Notes: generated by a model not told the origin, from the sequence alone. Counted from the stretch's first letter, positions 1 to 8,850 are shown. The stretch is 64,000 bases of DNA from Bacteroidota bacterium (GCA_018335575.1 JAGXRT010000034.1:8040-72039), one strand, 5' to 3'. Made by a program: numbers and translations.

Positions 1-795
1 ATTCTGGCTTTAGCAAGACCAAGAACTGTAGAGGTTAGCACTAAAACCAAAACCACCAGAGGAATTGATATTGTTATGGCAATTGATATTTCTGCAAGTA
101 TGTTGGCAAAAGATTTGAAACCCAACCGATTAGAAGCACTAAAAAAAGTAGCCATAGAATTTGTAAACGGCAGGCCAAATGACAGAATCGGTGTAGTGGT
201 ATATGCTGGGGAAAGTTATACTAAAACTCCTATTACCAGCGATAAATCCATCGTAAATAAAATTATTTCCGATATTACTTGGGGCGAAGATTTAGATGGA
301 GGAACAGCCATTGGAATGGGCTTGGGTTCTGCTGTAAACAGATTAAAAGAAAGCAAAGCACAAAGCAAGGTGATTATTTTGCTAACCGATGGAGTTAATA
401 ATGCCGGCTTTGTAGATCCCAAAACAAGTACTGAATTGGCAAAGGAACTGGGAATAAAAGTGTACACTATTGGTCTGGGAACTAACGGAATGGCGCTTTC
501 TCCGTATTATAAAGATCCATCAGGAAGATTGGTTTTTAAAAACATTCAGGTTGAAATTGACGAAGATTTATTGCGATTTATCGCCCATAAAACAGACGGT
601 AAATACTTTAGAGCAACAGACAATGTAAAGCTTAAAGCCATATATGACGAAATTAATAAGTTAGAAAAAACAGAGATAGAAGAGTTTAAGTATTATAATT
701 TTTCTGAAAAATACCGAATGTTGGTGCTGTTAGCCATTGGATTGGTTGTACTTGAAATGGGATTACGTTTAACCGTTTATAGAAGTTTTATTTAA
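1..795 (+). CDS. batA: BatA-like vWA-domain membrane protein, 5' end outside window
   Basis: Frame 1 is open from base 1 (ILALARPRTVEV...), so the ATG at 76 is internal. It has the MIDAS motif DISASM, LLTDG, and a C-terminal TM helix (MLVLLAIGLVVLEMG). There is a 2-nt gap to the next bat gene. Confidence 0.85.
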   Translation: MLALARPRTVEVSTKTKTTRGIDIVMAIDISASMLAKDLKPNRLEALKKVAIEFVNGRPNDRIGVVVYAGESYTKTPITSDKSIVNKIISDITWGEDLDGGTAIGMGLGSAVNRLKESKAQSKVIILLTDGVNNAGFVDPKTSTELAKELGIKVYTIGLGTNGMALSPYYKDPSGRLVFKNIQVEIDEDLLRFIAHKTDGKYFRATDNVKLKAIYDEINKLEKTEIEEFKYYNFSEKYRMLVLLAIGLVVLEMGLRLTVYRSFI

Positions 796-797
796 AA

Positions 798-1832
798 ATG
801 TATCAGATAGATGAACATAATTATTTCTATTTATTACTGCTAATACCAGTATTAGTTTTGGTGTTTTTATATGTAAGTTGGTGGAAAAAGAAAGTAAGAA
901 AGCAATTTGCCGAACCCGAATTGTTGGAAAAACTTATTCCAGAAAAATCTACATTTAAACCTATTATAAAACTAGTATTTCTGAGTTTAGGAATTTTGTT
1001 TTTAGTCATTGCTTTAGCCAATCCTAAAATGGGAATCAAATTAAAAACCATTAAAAGACAAGGTGTAGATATTGTTTTTGCATTGGATGTTTCTAAAAGT
1101 ATGTTAGCAGAAGATATAGCTCCCAATCGTTTAGAAAAATCAAAACAATTAATAAACAAAGTTATAGACAAGTTAGGAAGTGATAGGGTTGGAGTAATAG
1201 TTTATGCTGGTAGCGCATATCCATTATTGCCTATTACAACTGATTTAGCTTCGGCAAAAATGTTTCTGCAAATGGCAAATCCAGAGATGGTGTCAGATCA
1301 AGGTACGGCTATGAATGAAGCACTGTCTAAAGCGATGACTTATTTTGATAATGATGAGCAAACCAACCGCTTTCTATTTATTGTTTCTGATGGTGAAGAT
1401 CATGAAGGAAATAGTGACCAAGTAGCACAGCAAGCAGCAGAGAATGGTGTTAGGATATTTACAGTAGGTGTAGGATCGGATAAAGGAAGTACGATTCCAA
1501 TTAAACAAAATGGTATTTTTGTCGAGTATAAAAAAGATCAAAATGGCGAAGTAGTTATTACAAAGCTTAATGAAACTATTTTAAATCAAATTGCCTCTGA
1601 AGGAAATGGTAATTATATACTTGGAAACAATACTAATGAAACCGTAGATGAGATTGAAAATATAATTTCTAATGCCGAAAAAAAGGAATTTGAAACAAAA
1701 GAATTTTCAGATTTTAAAGATCAGTTTCAGTGGTTTATTGGTTTTGGTTTATTGTTTTTAATAGTAGAAACTTTGATGTTTGACAAGAAAACGAAGTGGA
1801 TTCAAAAATTAAATTTATTCAATGAAAAGTAA
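798..1832 (+). CDS. batB: BatB-like vWA-domain membrane protein
   Basis: N-terminal TM helices, vWA MIDAS DVSKSM, SDGEDH, and a C-terminal TM (WFIGFGLLFLIVETL). It starts 2 nt after the batA stop. Confidence 0.85.
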   Translation: MYQIDEHNYFYLLLLIPVLVLVFLYVSWWKKKVRKQFAEPELLEKLIPEKSTFKPIIKLVFLSLGILFLVIALANPKMGIKLKTIKRQGVDIVFALDVSKSMLAEDIAPNRLEKSKQLINKVIDKLGSDRVGVIVYAGSAYPLLPITTDLASAKMFLQMANPEMVSDQGTAMNEALSKAMTYFDNDEQTNRFLFIVSDGEDHEGNSDQVAQQAAENGVRIFTVGVGSDKGSTIPIKQNGIFVEYKKDQNGEVVITKLNETILNQIASEGNGNYILGNNTNETVDEIENIISNAEKKEFETKEFSDFKDQFQWFIGFGLLFLIVETLMFDKKTKWIQKLNLFNEK

Positions 1833-2562
1833 GATTTTCATAGCGTTATTTTTTATTTCTACATTGGCTGTTGCGCAACAAGGCGACGCATCTGCCGAGC
1901 GTAAAGCACGTAAGTTGTTACGAGAAGGGAATGAGTTGTATAACCAAAAAAAATATGCAGATGCAGAAGTAGCCTACAAAAAAGCATTGGAAAAAAATAC
2001 AACCTACGGAAAAGCAATTTACAATTTAGGCAATGCTTTATACGAACAAAACAGAACTGAAGAATCGGCTCAATTATTTGAAAGTGTTGCAAAAAATTCA
2101 AAAGACAACTTAACTAAAGCAGAAGCATATCACAATCTTGGAAATAGTTTTATGCAAGCTAAAAAGTATGGTCAGGCGGTAGAAGCCTATAAAAATGCAC
2201 TAAGAAATAATTCACTCGATGAAAACACACGTTATAACTTAGCGTTGGCACAAAAACTTCTAAAAGATCAACAACAAAATCAGGATAAAAATCAAGATAA
2301 AAAAGACGATCAAAACAAAGATCAACAACAAGATAAGCAGGAAAATCAAGATAAAAAGAATGATCAGCAAGATAAGAACGATGACAAGAAGGATAATAAA
2401 GACAAACAACAACAAAAGCAGCAGCCTCAACCTAATCAATTATCTCCACAGCAAATGGAGCAATTGTTAGAGGCAATGAATAAAGAAGAAAATAAAACAC
2501 AAAAGAAAGTTAACGCTCAAAAAACACCTAATAAACCAACCAAAAAGGAAAAAGATTGGTAA
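1822..2562 (+). CDS. batC: BatC-like TPR-repeat protein with Q/D/K/N-rich tail
   Basis: Signal peptide (FFISTLAVAQQ), TPR-like repeats (AEVAYKKALEKN, AVEAYKNALRNN), and a low-complexity tail. It overlaps batB by 11 nt. Confidence 0.8.
   Translation: MKSKIFIALFFISTLAVAQQGDASAERKARKLLREGNELYNQKKYADAEVAYKKALEKNTTYGKAIYNLGNALYEQNRTEESAQLFESVAKNSKDNLTKAEAYHNLGNSFMQAKKYGQAVEAYKNALRNNSLDENTRYNLALAQKLLKDQQQNQDKNQDKKDDQNKDQQQDKQENQDKKNDQQDKNDDKKDNKDKQQQKQQPQPNQLSPQQMEQLLEAMNKEENKTQKKVNAQKTPNKPTKKEKDW
2263..2440 (+). repeat. Cryptic codon-level low-complexity tract (Q/D/K/N) inside batC
   Basis: The translation is KDQQQNQDKNQDKKDDQNKDQQQDKQENQDKKNDQQDKNDDKKDNKDKQQQKQQPQPNQ. The DNA shows reiterated CAAGATAA(A/G) units. 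Confidence 0.85.
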
Positions 2563-2588
2563 TAGTAATGAAGCACGATGTTTTACAT

Positions 2589-4352
2589 ATGAAAAGAATT
2601 GCCACCTATAGTATTTTAGGATTTTTTCTATTATTTAGTCAAATAGCCTTGGCTCAATTAGATTTTGCCGCTACTGCAAGCAATTCAAAAATAGGTTTAA
2701 ACCAACGGGTACGTGTAGAATTTTCTGTTGACAAGCAAGGTGCAGATAATTTTAGATTGCCCGAAATGGCAGATTTTAAAGTTGTGGCTGGACCTAGTCA
2801 ATCGGTAAATCAATCTTGGATTAACGGAAAAGTATCGTTTTCGCAAACGTATATTTATATACTACAACCAACTAAAATGGGAACCTTAACCGTTCAATCA
2901 GCAACAGTAGAATATGAAGGAAAAACATACAGATCAAATCCCATTAAAATTACAGTTACAGAAAATGTAGAAGTTCCAAAAGACCCAAATGATCCAAGTT
3001 ATTTAGCACAACAAGGCATACATTTGGTAGCTGAAGTTTCTAAAGAAAGTCCGTACGTTGGAGAATCCTTGTATGTAGTTTATAAATTATATGTAAGCGA
3101 AAATATAAGCGTAAGTAATTGGGCAGTTGTAGAATCGCCACAATACAATGGTTTTTGGAATCAGGATATCGAAATTAAAGGGATGAATGTTCAAATGGGC
3201 GAGTACAAAGGAGAGCGGTACCGCTACTTAGAACTTAAAAAAGCTGTTTTAATACCACAAAAATCGGGCGATTTAATTATTGAGCCGATGCGTATGGATA
3301 TTACACTTGGAGTTCCAACAGGTAGGTATAATTTTTTTGGAGAAGCAATTTTGAGAAGCTATACCGAATCGTATTCTACAGGAAAAAGAACAGTTAAAGT
3401 AAAAGCATTGCCAACCGAAGGAAAACCTGAAAACTTCTCAGGTGCCGTGGGCGATTTTCAATTTAAAGTAACCAAAAACAAGGAAGTACTTAAAGCCAAT
3501 GAATCTGCACAGATAAATGTAGAAGTTTCTGGTAAAGGAAATTTCAAACTTTTTGAAATTCCAAAGTTAGTAACACCTTCAGAATTGGAAGTTTTTACGC
3601 CAGAGTATAAAGAACAGATACAGACCTCTATTAACGGTATTGCAGGAAGGGTATATTCGCAGTATACGGTGGTTCCACAATATAAAGGCAAGTATAAAAT
3701 ACCAAACTTATCATTTTCGTATTTCAATCCGCAAGACAAAAAATATTATACAATTGATGTTCCAGATATGTTTGTTGAAGTTTCTGAAGGTAAAGGTTTA
3801 CCTACCACAGATTCTGCATTTGCACATAAACAACAAGTAGAAGTTTCGGGTAATAGTTTCAGGTATATTCAAACTAAAACTTCGTTTAAACCAATTGTTG
3901 AAGAACCGTTTTTTAAATCGAAATGGTATTTTTTACTGTTGTTAGCACCATTATTAGTAATTCCTATTGGGATTATGTTAAACAAATTTAACGAAGAACG
4001 CTCTAAAGACATAGTAGGGAGCAAAAAACGCAAAGCAGATAGATTGGCCAGAAAATACTTATCGGCTGCTAAGAAAGAATTGGGCAAAAAGGAATTGTTT
4101 TACATTGCCCTTGAAAAGGCGTTACACAATTTCTTAAAAGCCAAACTAAGTATTGAAACTGCTGATATCAGTCAAGAAAAAATATCTGAAATTTTGACTA
4201 AGAAAGGCGTTTCAACAGATTCTATTACACAGTTAATTGCAGTGTTGAATGATTGTGATTTTGCTCGTTACACCCCATCATCAAATGTAAAAATGAATGA
4301 AGAATATGAGAAGGCAGTTGAAATTATATCCATAATTGATAAAGAGCTGTAA
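2589..4352 (+). CDS. batD: BatD-like oxygen-tolerance protein
   Basis: ATG 2589 gives a clean signal peptide, MKRIATYSILGFFLLFSQIALAQ. Alternative starts are ATG 2568 and TTG 2556. A long extracytoplasmic region is followed by a single TM (WYFLLLLAPLLVIPIGIML) and a cytoplasmic tail. Position in the bat operon supports the call. Confidence 0.8.
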   Translation: MKRIATYSILGFFLLFSQIALAQLDFAATASNSKIGLNQRVRVEFSVDKQGADNFRLPEMADFKVVAGPSQSVNQSWINGKVSFSQTYIYILQPTKMGTLTVQSATVEYEGKTYRSNPIKITVTENVEVPKDPNDPSYLAQQGIHLVAEVSKESPYVGESLYVVYKLYVSENISVSNWAVVESPQYNGFWNQDIEIKGMNVQMGEYKGERYRYLELKKAVLIPQKSGDLIIEPMRMDITLGVPTGRYNFFGEAILRSYTESYSTGKRTVKVKALPTEGKPENFSGAVGDFQFKVTKNKEVLKANESAQINVEVSGKGNFKLFEIPKLVTPSELEVFTPEYKEQIQTSINGIAGRVYSQYTVVPQYKGKYKIPNLSFSYFNPQDKKYYTIDVPDMFVEVSEGKGLPTTDSAFAHKQQVEVSGNSFRYIQTKTSFKPIVEEPFFKSKWYFLLLLAPLLVIPIGIMLNKFNEERSKDIVGSKKRKADRLARKYLSAAKKELGKKELFYIALEKALHNFLKAKLSIETADISQEKISEILTKKGVSTDSITQLIAVLNDCDFARYTPSSNVKMNEEYEKAVEIISIIDKEL

Positions 4353-4354
4353 TT

Positions 4355-5107
4355 ATGAGAACTATTGTAATATTATTTTTTCTTTTTGTAAGTTTTTTTA
4401 CGAATGCTCAACCGCTTAGTAAAGTTTTTGAGCAAGGAAATCAATTGTATAAAAATGCTGATTATAGAGGCGCAATAAACACCTATCATAAAATAGAAAA
4501 TACTGGTTTTCAGTCAGACGCATTGTATTTTAATTTAGCCAATTCGTATTATAAGTTAAATGAAGTGGCACCCTCTGTTTATTATTATGAAAAAGCGCTT
4601 AAGTTAAATCCGATGAATGAAGACGCTAAGTACAACTTAGTTTTAGCTAACCGACTTACAATTGACCAAATAGATGAAGTTCCTAAAACTTTATTACAAC
4701 GGTTTGAAGCTAACGTTTTACATAAGTTTAGCATACATCAATGGGCTGTAATTTCTATAGTATTTTCTGTATTAACGGCTTTGGTTTTTTTGATGTATTA
4801 CTTTTCGTTATCCAGTCTGTTAAAAAGGATTTTCTTTTCGTTGAGTTTAGTAACGTTTAGTTTGATGTTGATATCAGTTATGATTGCTTATACCGGATTG
4901 GATTACCATAAAAAAAATCAACCTGCAATTGTATTTTCAGAAAAAGCCCAAATTAAAAATGCACCTACATTTAACAGCGAAGACGTATTTACCTTACACG
5001 AAGGCACTAAAGTTATGGTGCTAGATGAAGTAGATGATTGGTACAAAATAAAATTATCCGATGGCAAAATTGGTTGGGTACGCACCGGTGTTTTAAAAAT
5101 TATCTAA
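4355..5107 (+). CDS. batE: BatE-like TPR plus SH3-like domain membrane protein
   Basis: Signal peptide, TPR repeats (YFNLANSYYKLNE, YYYEKALKLNP), TM helices, and a C-terminal SH3b-like segment (DDWYKIKLSDGKIGWV). It starts 2 nt after the batD stop. Confidence 0.75.
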   Translation: MRTIVILFFLFVSFFTNAQPLSKVFEQGNQLYKNADYRGAINTYHKIENTGFQSDALYFNLANSYYKLNEVAPSVYYYEKALKLNPMNEDAKYNLVLANRLTIDQIDEVPKTLLQRFEANVLHKFSIHQWAVISIVFSVLTALVFLMYYFSLSSLLKRIFFSLSLVTFSLMLISVMIAYTGLDYHKKNQPAIVFSEKAQIKNAPTFNSEDVFTLHEGTKVMVLDEVDDWYKIKLSDGKIGWVRTGVLKII

Positions 5108-5110
5108 ATA

Positions 5111-6256
5111 TTATTTACCCAATAACCAAATAAGTGCTTCAGGCATTCGTTTAGCCCAAGCGGCTTCAAAATGTTTGGCATTTTTATCTAAAATCCAAAG
5201 GTAATCATGGTCTTTTTTATACCCCTTTTGGTTTAAAACTTGAATCATTTCGTCAATACCCGGTTGTAATTGTTCTTCCAAACCTACACCCCCATTATCG
5301 ATGTATAATTTTATATTTTTCTTCTTACCGATATATTTTTTAACATTTTGAACATAATCGATATGCCGTATTTTAAATGCCGGTGACATGCAAATGGCTT
5401 TTGAAAAAACATCTGGGTATTCCCATGCCAGCGCAAAAGAGATTATTCCACCCATGGAAGAGCCTCCAACTGAGGTGTGTTTTTTTCCTGGGTTGGTTCT
5501 ATAGTTTTTATCGATAAATGGTTTAAGCTGATGAACCAAAAACTTCATATAATCGGCTCCTTTTTCTGCAGGTAAATACTCGCTGCTTCGGTCTTTGGTA
5601 TTATAAATTCCAACTACAATATGCGGTTTAATTTTTTTAGCTGTGATTAAACTATCCATGGTTTCATCAACACGCCAGTCAACGCCAAAAGAGCTTGTTT
5701 TGGGATCAAATAAATTTTGTCCGTCGTGCATGTATATAACATCAAAGCGTTCTTTTTTATGAGTTTCATATATTGGAGGAAGCCAGACTATAATATCGCG
5801 ATCTAACAGATTTTCACCTTTAAAGTTTCGGTGATACTCAACCGTGCCAGTAATTTTACCAACTACAGTTTTAGCAGTTCCATCTTTCCAAAAGAAAACA
5901 TCGTTTTTTATAATAGTATCAGATGAAACTTTTACTATAAAATTATCAAGGGGTAATCCGTTGGCATATACCGATTCTTTTTCCCAACTTCCCAAGGTAT
6001 ATTTATATTCAATGCCAAAGGCTGCTTTTGTTTTGATTGATGTTTCCCAAAGATGATTTCCTATAGAACTCATTTTTACAATTGCTGGGTTCCAATTCCC
6101 CAGCTCAGGAATGCTACCCGTTATATAAACGTCTGCATTTGTATCTAAATCAGGCGAAAATAATTGAAATGTTAAGGTGTTAAAATGCGGATGTTGTGGT
6201 TGCGAATTAGCGATAAAAGTAGTTAATACTAACAGAAATATAATTTGGATTCTCAT
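5111..6256 (-). CDS. Secreted esterase (esterase D/Fes/IroE-type alpha/beta hydrolase) with N-terminal CBM20-like domain
   Basis: Signal peptide. The N-terminal segment VYITGSIPELGNWNP...IEYKY resembles the CBM20 starch-binding signature. The catalytic part has YMHDGQNLF and the nucleophile elbow GGSSMGG. Confidence 0.75.
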   Translation of the reverse strand: MRIQIIFLLVLTTFIANSQPQHPHFNTLTFQLFSPDLDTNADVYITGSIPELGNWNPAIVKMSSIGNHLWETSIKTKAAFGIEYKYTLGSWEKESVYANGLPLDNFIVKVSSDTIIKNDVFFWKDGTAKTVVGKITGTVEYHRNFKGENLLDRDIIVWLPPIYETHKKERFDVIYMHDGQNLFDPKTSSFGVDWRVDETMDSLITAKKIKPHIVVGIYNTKDRSSEYLPAEKGADYMKFLVHQLKPFIDKNYRTNPGKKHTSVGGSSMGGIISFALAWEYPDVFSKAICMSPAFKIRHIDYVQNVKKYIGKKKNIKLYIDNGGVGLEEQLQPGIDEMIQVLNQKGYKKDHDYLWILDKNAKHFEAAWAKRMPEALIWLLGK

Positions 6257-6765
6257 AATATTGATTTTAGTTCTTCTTTTATAGGTTCATCAAAAAATGA
6301 TGGAAACAATAATATTGCGGTTTCTTTAACAGTATAAAAAAGTTTTGATTCTTGTAAAGTCGATTCATTTACAAACTCAATTTTTGAGTTGAATTTATAA
6401 AAATACATCAGTAAAACACTCAAGATTAACGTAATTTTTAGCAAACCAAATACGCCGCCTAGCAGTTTGTTTAATAAACCTAAGGAAGCAAAGTCGGCAA
6501 GTTTTGTAAAGAATTTTCCCAACAGGGTTATGGCTATGACAATTATAATGAAGGTGATAATAAACGAAGTTAAGCCCACATATTTTTTGTCCCAGTTTAA
6601 TAAATCATATAAATAATTTCCAATAAAATCTGAAAAATGAATGGCGCCGTATATTCCTAAAATTAATGCAAGTAAAGACGCTACTTCTACAAACAATCCT
6701 TTAAAAAGTCCTTTTATAAAACCATATGCTAGAAATAATGCTAAAAAAATATCAATAGAATTCAT
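6253..6765 (-). CDS. cvpA: CvpA-family membrane protein
   Basis: 170 aa with four hydrophobic helices and an N-terminus (IDIFLALFLAYGFIKGLFKGLF) typical of the colicin V production protein family. A 4-nt ATGA-type overlap with the esterase gene suggests one operon. Confidence 0.7.
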   Translation of the reverse strand: MNSIDIFLALFLAYGFIKGLFKGLFVEVASLLALILGIYGAIHFSDFIGNYLYDLLNWDKKYVGLTSFIITFIIIVIAITLLGKFFTKLADFASLGLLNKLLGGVFGLLKITLILSVLLMYFYKFNSKIEFVNESTLQESKLFYTVKETAILLFPSFFDEPIKEELKSIL

Positions 6766-6791
6766 GTAAAAGTTATTGAAAGTGTAAAATT

Positions 6792-7217
6792 CTAGTGTTC
6801 TTTTTTATAAACAAATTGTGCAAAATTGCCTCCTAACCATGCCATTGGAAAATAAGCTAAACCTAAATCAAGTACAGTAAACCAGGTTGGCGATGGTAAT
6901 GAAATTATATTTGTTAACCCACCTAGAAAGAAAAATAGACCAATAACGTAAGCAAATTTAACAGAATGATTAACAGCTACTAACGTAGTTATAAATGCTC
7001 CTACAAAAGTTCCAACGGAATGAGCTAAAAAAGGGAAAATAAAGTGTTTAGCTTCAAACAAATGCATTGAAGCCCTTAAGCCTTCCATGGTAGTATTGTC
7101 TGCGCCTTCAGGTGGGGGAATTACAGAACCACTTACCATTACTAAGCCCATGTTTGCTAAACTTCCCAAAAACAAACCTATTAACACGGCCAAACTATTT
7201 CTAATTATTTTGTTCAT
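6792..7217 (-). CDS. Small 4-TM membrane protein, function unknown
   Basis: 141-aa ORF with 4 predicted hydrophobic helices and a PPPEGADNTTMEGL loop. It is packed 26 nt from both neighbours on the same strand. Confidence 0.6.
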   Translation of the reverse strand: MNKIIRNSLAVLIGLFLGSLANMGLVMVSGSVIPPPEGADNTTMEGLRASMHLFEAKHFIFPFLAHSVGTFVGAFITTLVAVNHSVKFAYVIGLFFFLGGLTNIISLPSPTWFTVLDLGLAYFPMAWLGGNFAQFVYKKEH

Positions 7218-7243
7218 ACATTTTAAAAAATTAAATTTTGTAA

Positions 7244-8335
7244 TTAATTATTCTTGATTGGAATAGTAAAAATAAATTCACATCCTTTTTCTAGTTGACT
7301 TTCAACGCTAATTTTTCCACCTTGTAATTCTACAAACTCTTTACATAAAATGAGTCCGAAACCGGTGCCAACTTCACCTTTGGTTCCTTTTTTTGATTTT
7401 GTTTCGAGCACCTTGAACAAAGAATTTTTGGTTGTTTCGTCCATTCCGATGCCATTATCTTTTATACGTATTTCAGCGAAGTTATTATTAATTACTCCTT
7501 TAATTTTTATTTCTCCACCAACTTTACTGTATTTGATGGCATTTGTTAGTAAATTACGAATAATAGTATTGAGCATTTCTTGGTCAGCCCATATGGCAAT
7601 AGGCTCGTTTAAACTTATAAAAATTTCAATATTTTTTGATTCAGCAGCGTTTTCAACATTTTGGACCAATTCGTTAATTAACTCATTCAAATTAACCAAC
7701 TCTTTTTTAACTACCATTCCTTGTTGTTGCGCTTGCGCCCAAGACAATAAATTATTTAGTAAGTCATACGTGTTTTTGGATGTATTTTGAATGATATCTG
7801 CATACTTTTTTATTTTATTTAAATCAGCCTGATCAATGCTTTCATGTAATAACTCTGAAAAACCTAAAAGCGAGTTAAATGGATTTCGAAGGTCATGAGC
7901 CAATATATTTAAAAATTTATCTTTGGTAATATTAAGTTGGGCAAGATTATTTTGCTGGGCACGTAGGGTTAAATGGGTATTTATACGTGCCAATAGCTCT
8001 TCGTCATTAAATGGTTTATTAATTATGTCAACTCCTCCGTTTTTAAATGCGTTGGAAATATTGGATTCATCAGTTTTTACTAACAAAAATAAAATGGGCG
8101 TTTCAGCATTTTTACTGTTATTTTGTATTTGCATAGCGGTTTCAAAACCATCCATTTGAGGCATGCGGACATCAAGCAGAATTAAATCTAAATCAATTTC
8201 TTTACACAAATCAACAGCTTGTATACCCGAGGTGGCTGCAATTGTATTATAACCTGCTTTATCCAAAATCGATTGTAACAAGACAATATTGTCTGATACA
8301 TCATCAACAATTAAAATTGATTTGTTTATGGGCAT
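7244..8335 (-). CDS. Hybrid receiver-histidine kinase (REC-HisKA-HATPase, no sensory input domain)
   Basis: REC domain (LIVDDVSDN, phospho-Asp context LLDVRMPQMDG, NKPF), H-box LAHDLRNP, N-box NLLTNAIKYS, and G-boxes DNGIGM and GTGFGL. No TM, PAS or GAF segment is visible. Confidence 0.9.
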   Translation of the reverse strand: MPINKSILIVDDVSDNIVLLQSILDKAGYNTIAATSGIQAVDLCKEIDLDLILLDVRMPQMDGFETAMQIQNNSKNAETPILFLLVKTDESNISNAFKNGGVDIINKPFNDEELLARINTHLTLRAQQNNLAQLNITKDKFLNILAHDLRNPFNSLLGFSELLHESIDQADLNKIKKYADIIQNTSKNTYDLLNNLLSWAQAQQQGMVVKKELVNLNELINELVQNVENAAESKNIEIFISLNEPIAIWADQEMLNTIIRNLLTNAIKYSKVGGEIKIKGVINNNFAEIRIKDNGIGMDETTKNSLFKVLETKSKKGTKGEVGTGFGLILCKEFVELQGGKISVESQLEKGCEFIFTIPIKNN

Positions 8336-8338
8336 TTC

Positions 8339-8770
8339 CTAAATATTTAGTTGATAATTAGTTTGGATATTGTTTTTGTTCACAAAAGTGCTTATACTTC
8401 GATCTTCATGAGTAGTATGGTGGGCAAACCATTCATAAGCAAACTGTAAAAACTCAATGGAGTTATCAACTTTATGCTTGGCAATATTGAGTTTTTCTAA
8501 TAAATCAAAGTGTAAATGTTGATGATTTTCTATCCCTGGATAATTGACCTGAGCCATAAATGCTTCTTCACTGGTGAAATGAAACTCAGCGTATTTTTCA
8601 ATTACATTGATGATTTTGTTTAATTCGAATTGGTTTTTTTTCTGAATTATTGCAATACGATAGGAATTAAATAACTCAAGGAAAATTTTATGTTCTAAAT
8701 CAATTCGTTGTATTCCTGTTTCAAATTTAGGATCCCAAATAATTTCCTTGTTTATATCAATTGTTGCCAT
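8339..8770 (-). CDS. Bacteriohemerythrin (hemerythrin-like diiron protein)
   Basis: The pattern W-x-FETGIQRIDLEHK, HFTSEE, HQHLHFDLL, WFAHHTTHED matches the H, HxxxE, HxxxH, HxxxxD ligand layout of hemerythrins. Its stop lies 3 nt before the kinase start. Confidence 0.85.
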   Translation of the reverse strand: MATIDINKEIIWDPKFETGIQRIDLEHKIFLELFNSYRIAIIQKKNQFELNKIINVIEKYAEFHFTSEEAFMAQVNYPGIENHQHLHFDLLEKLNIAKHKVDNSIEFLQFAYEWFAHHTTHEDRSISTFVNKNNIQTNYQLNI

Positions 8771-8850
8771 AGTTGAAGGGATTTAATCAGTATTAATTTT
8801 ATAAATGTAATAAAATAAACTCAAGAATACTATATCGGAAAAATAAACAA

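Noticed and set aside
7350-7790. 146-aa plus-strand ORF entirely inside the histidine kinase gene
   Set aside because: It is antisense to a gene with unambiguous HK motifs. Its translation is S/L/F/I-rich low complexity, typical of a shadow frame, and it has no promoter box or independent signal.
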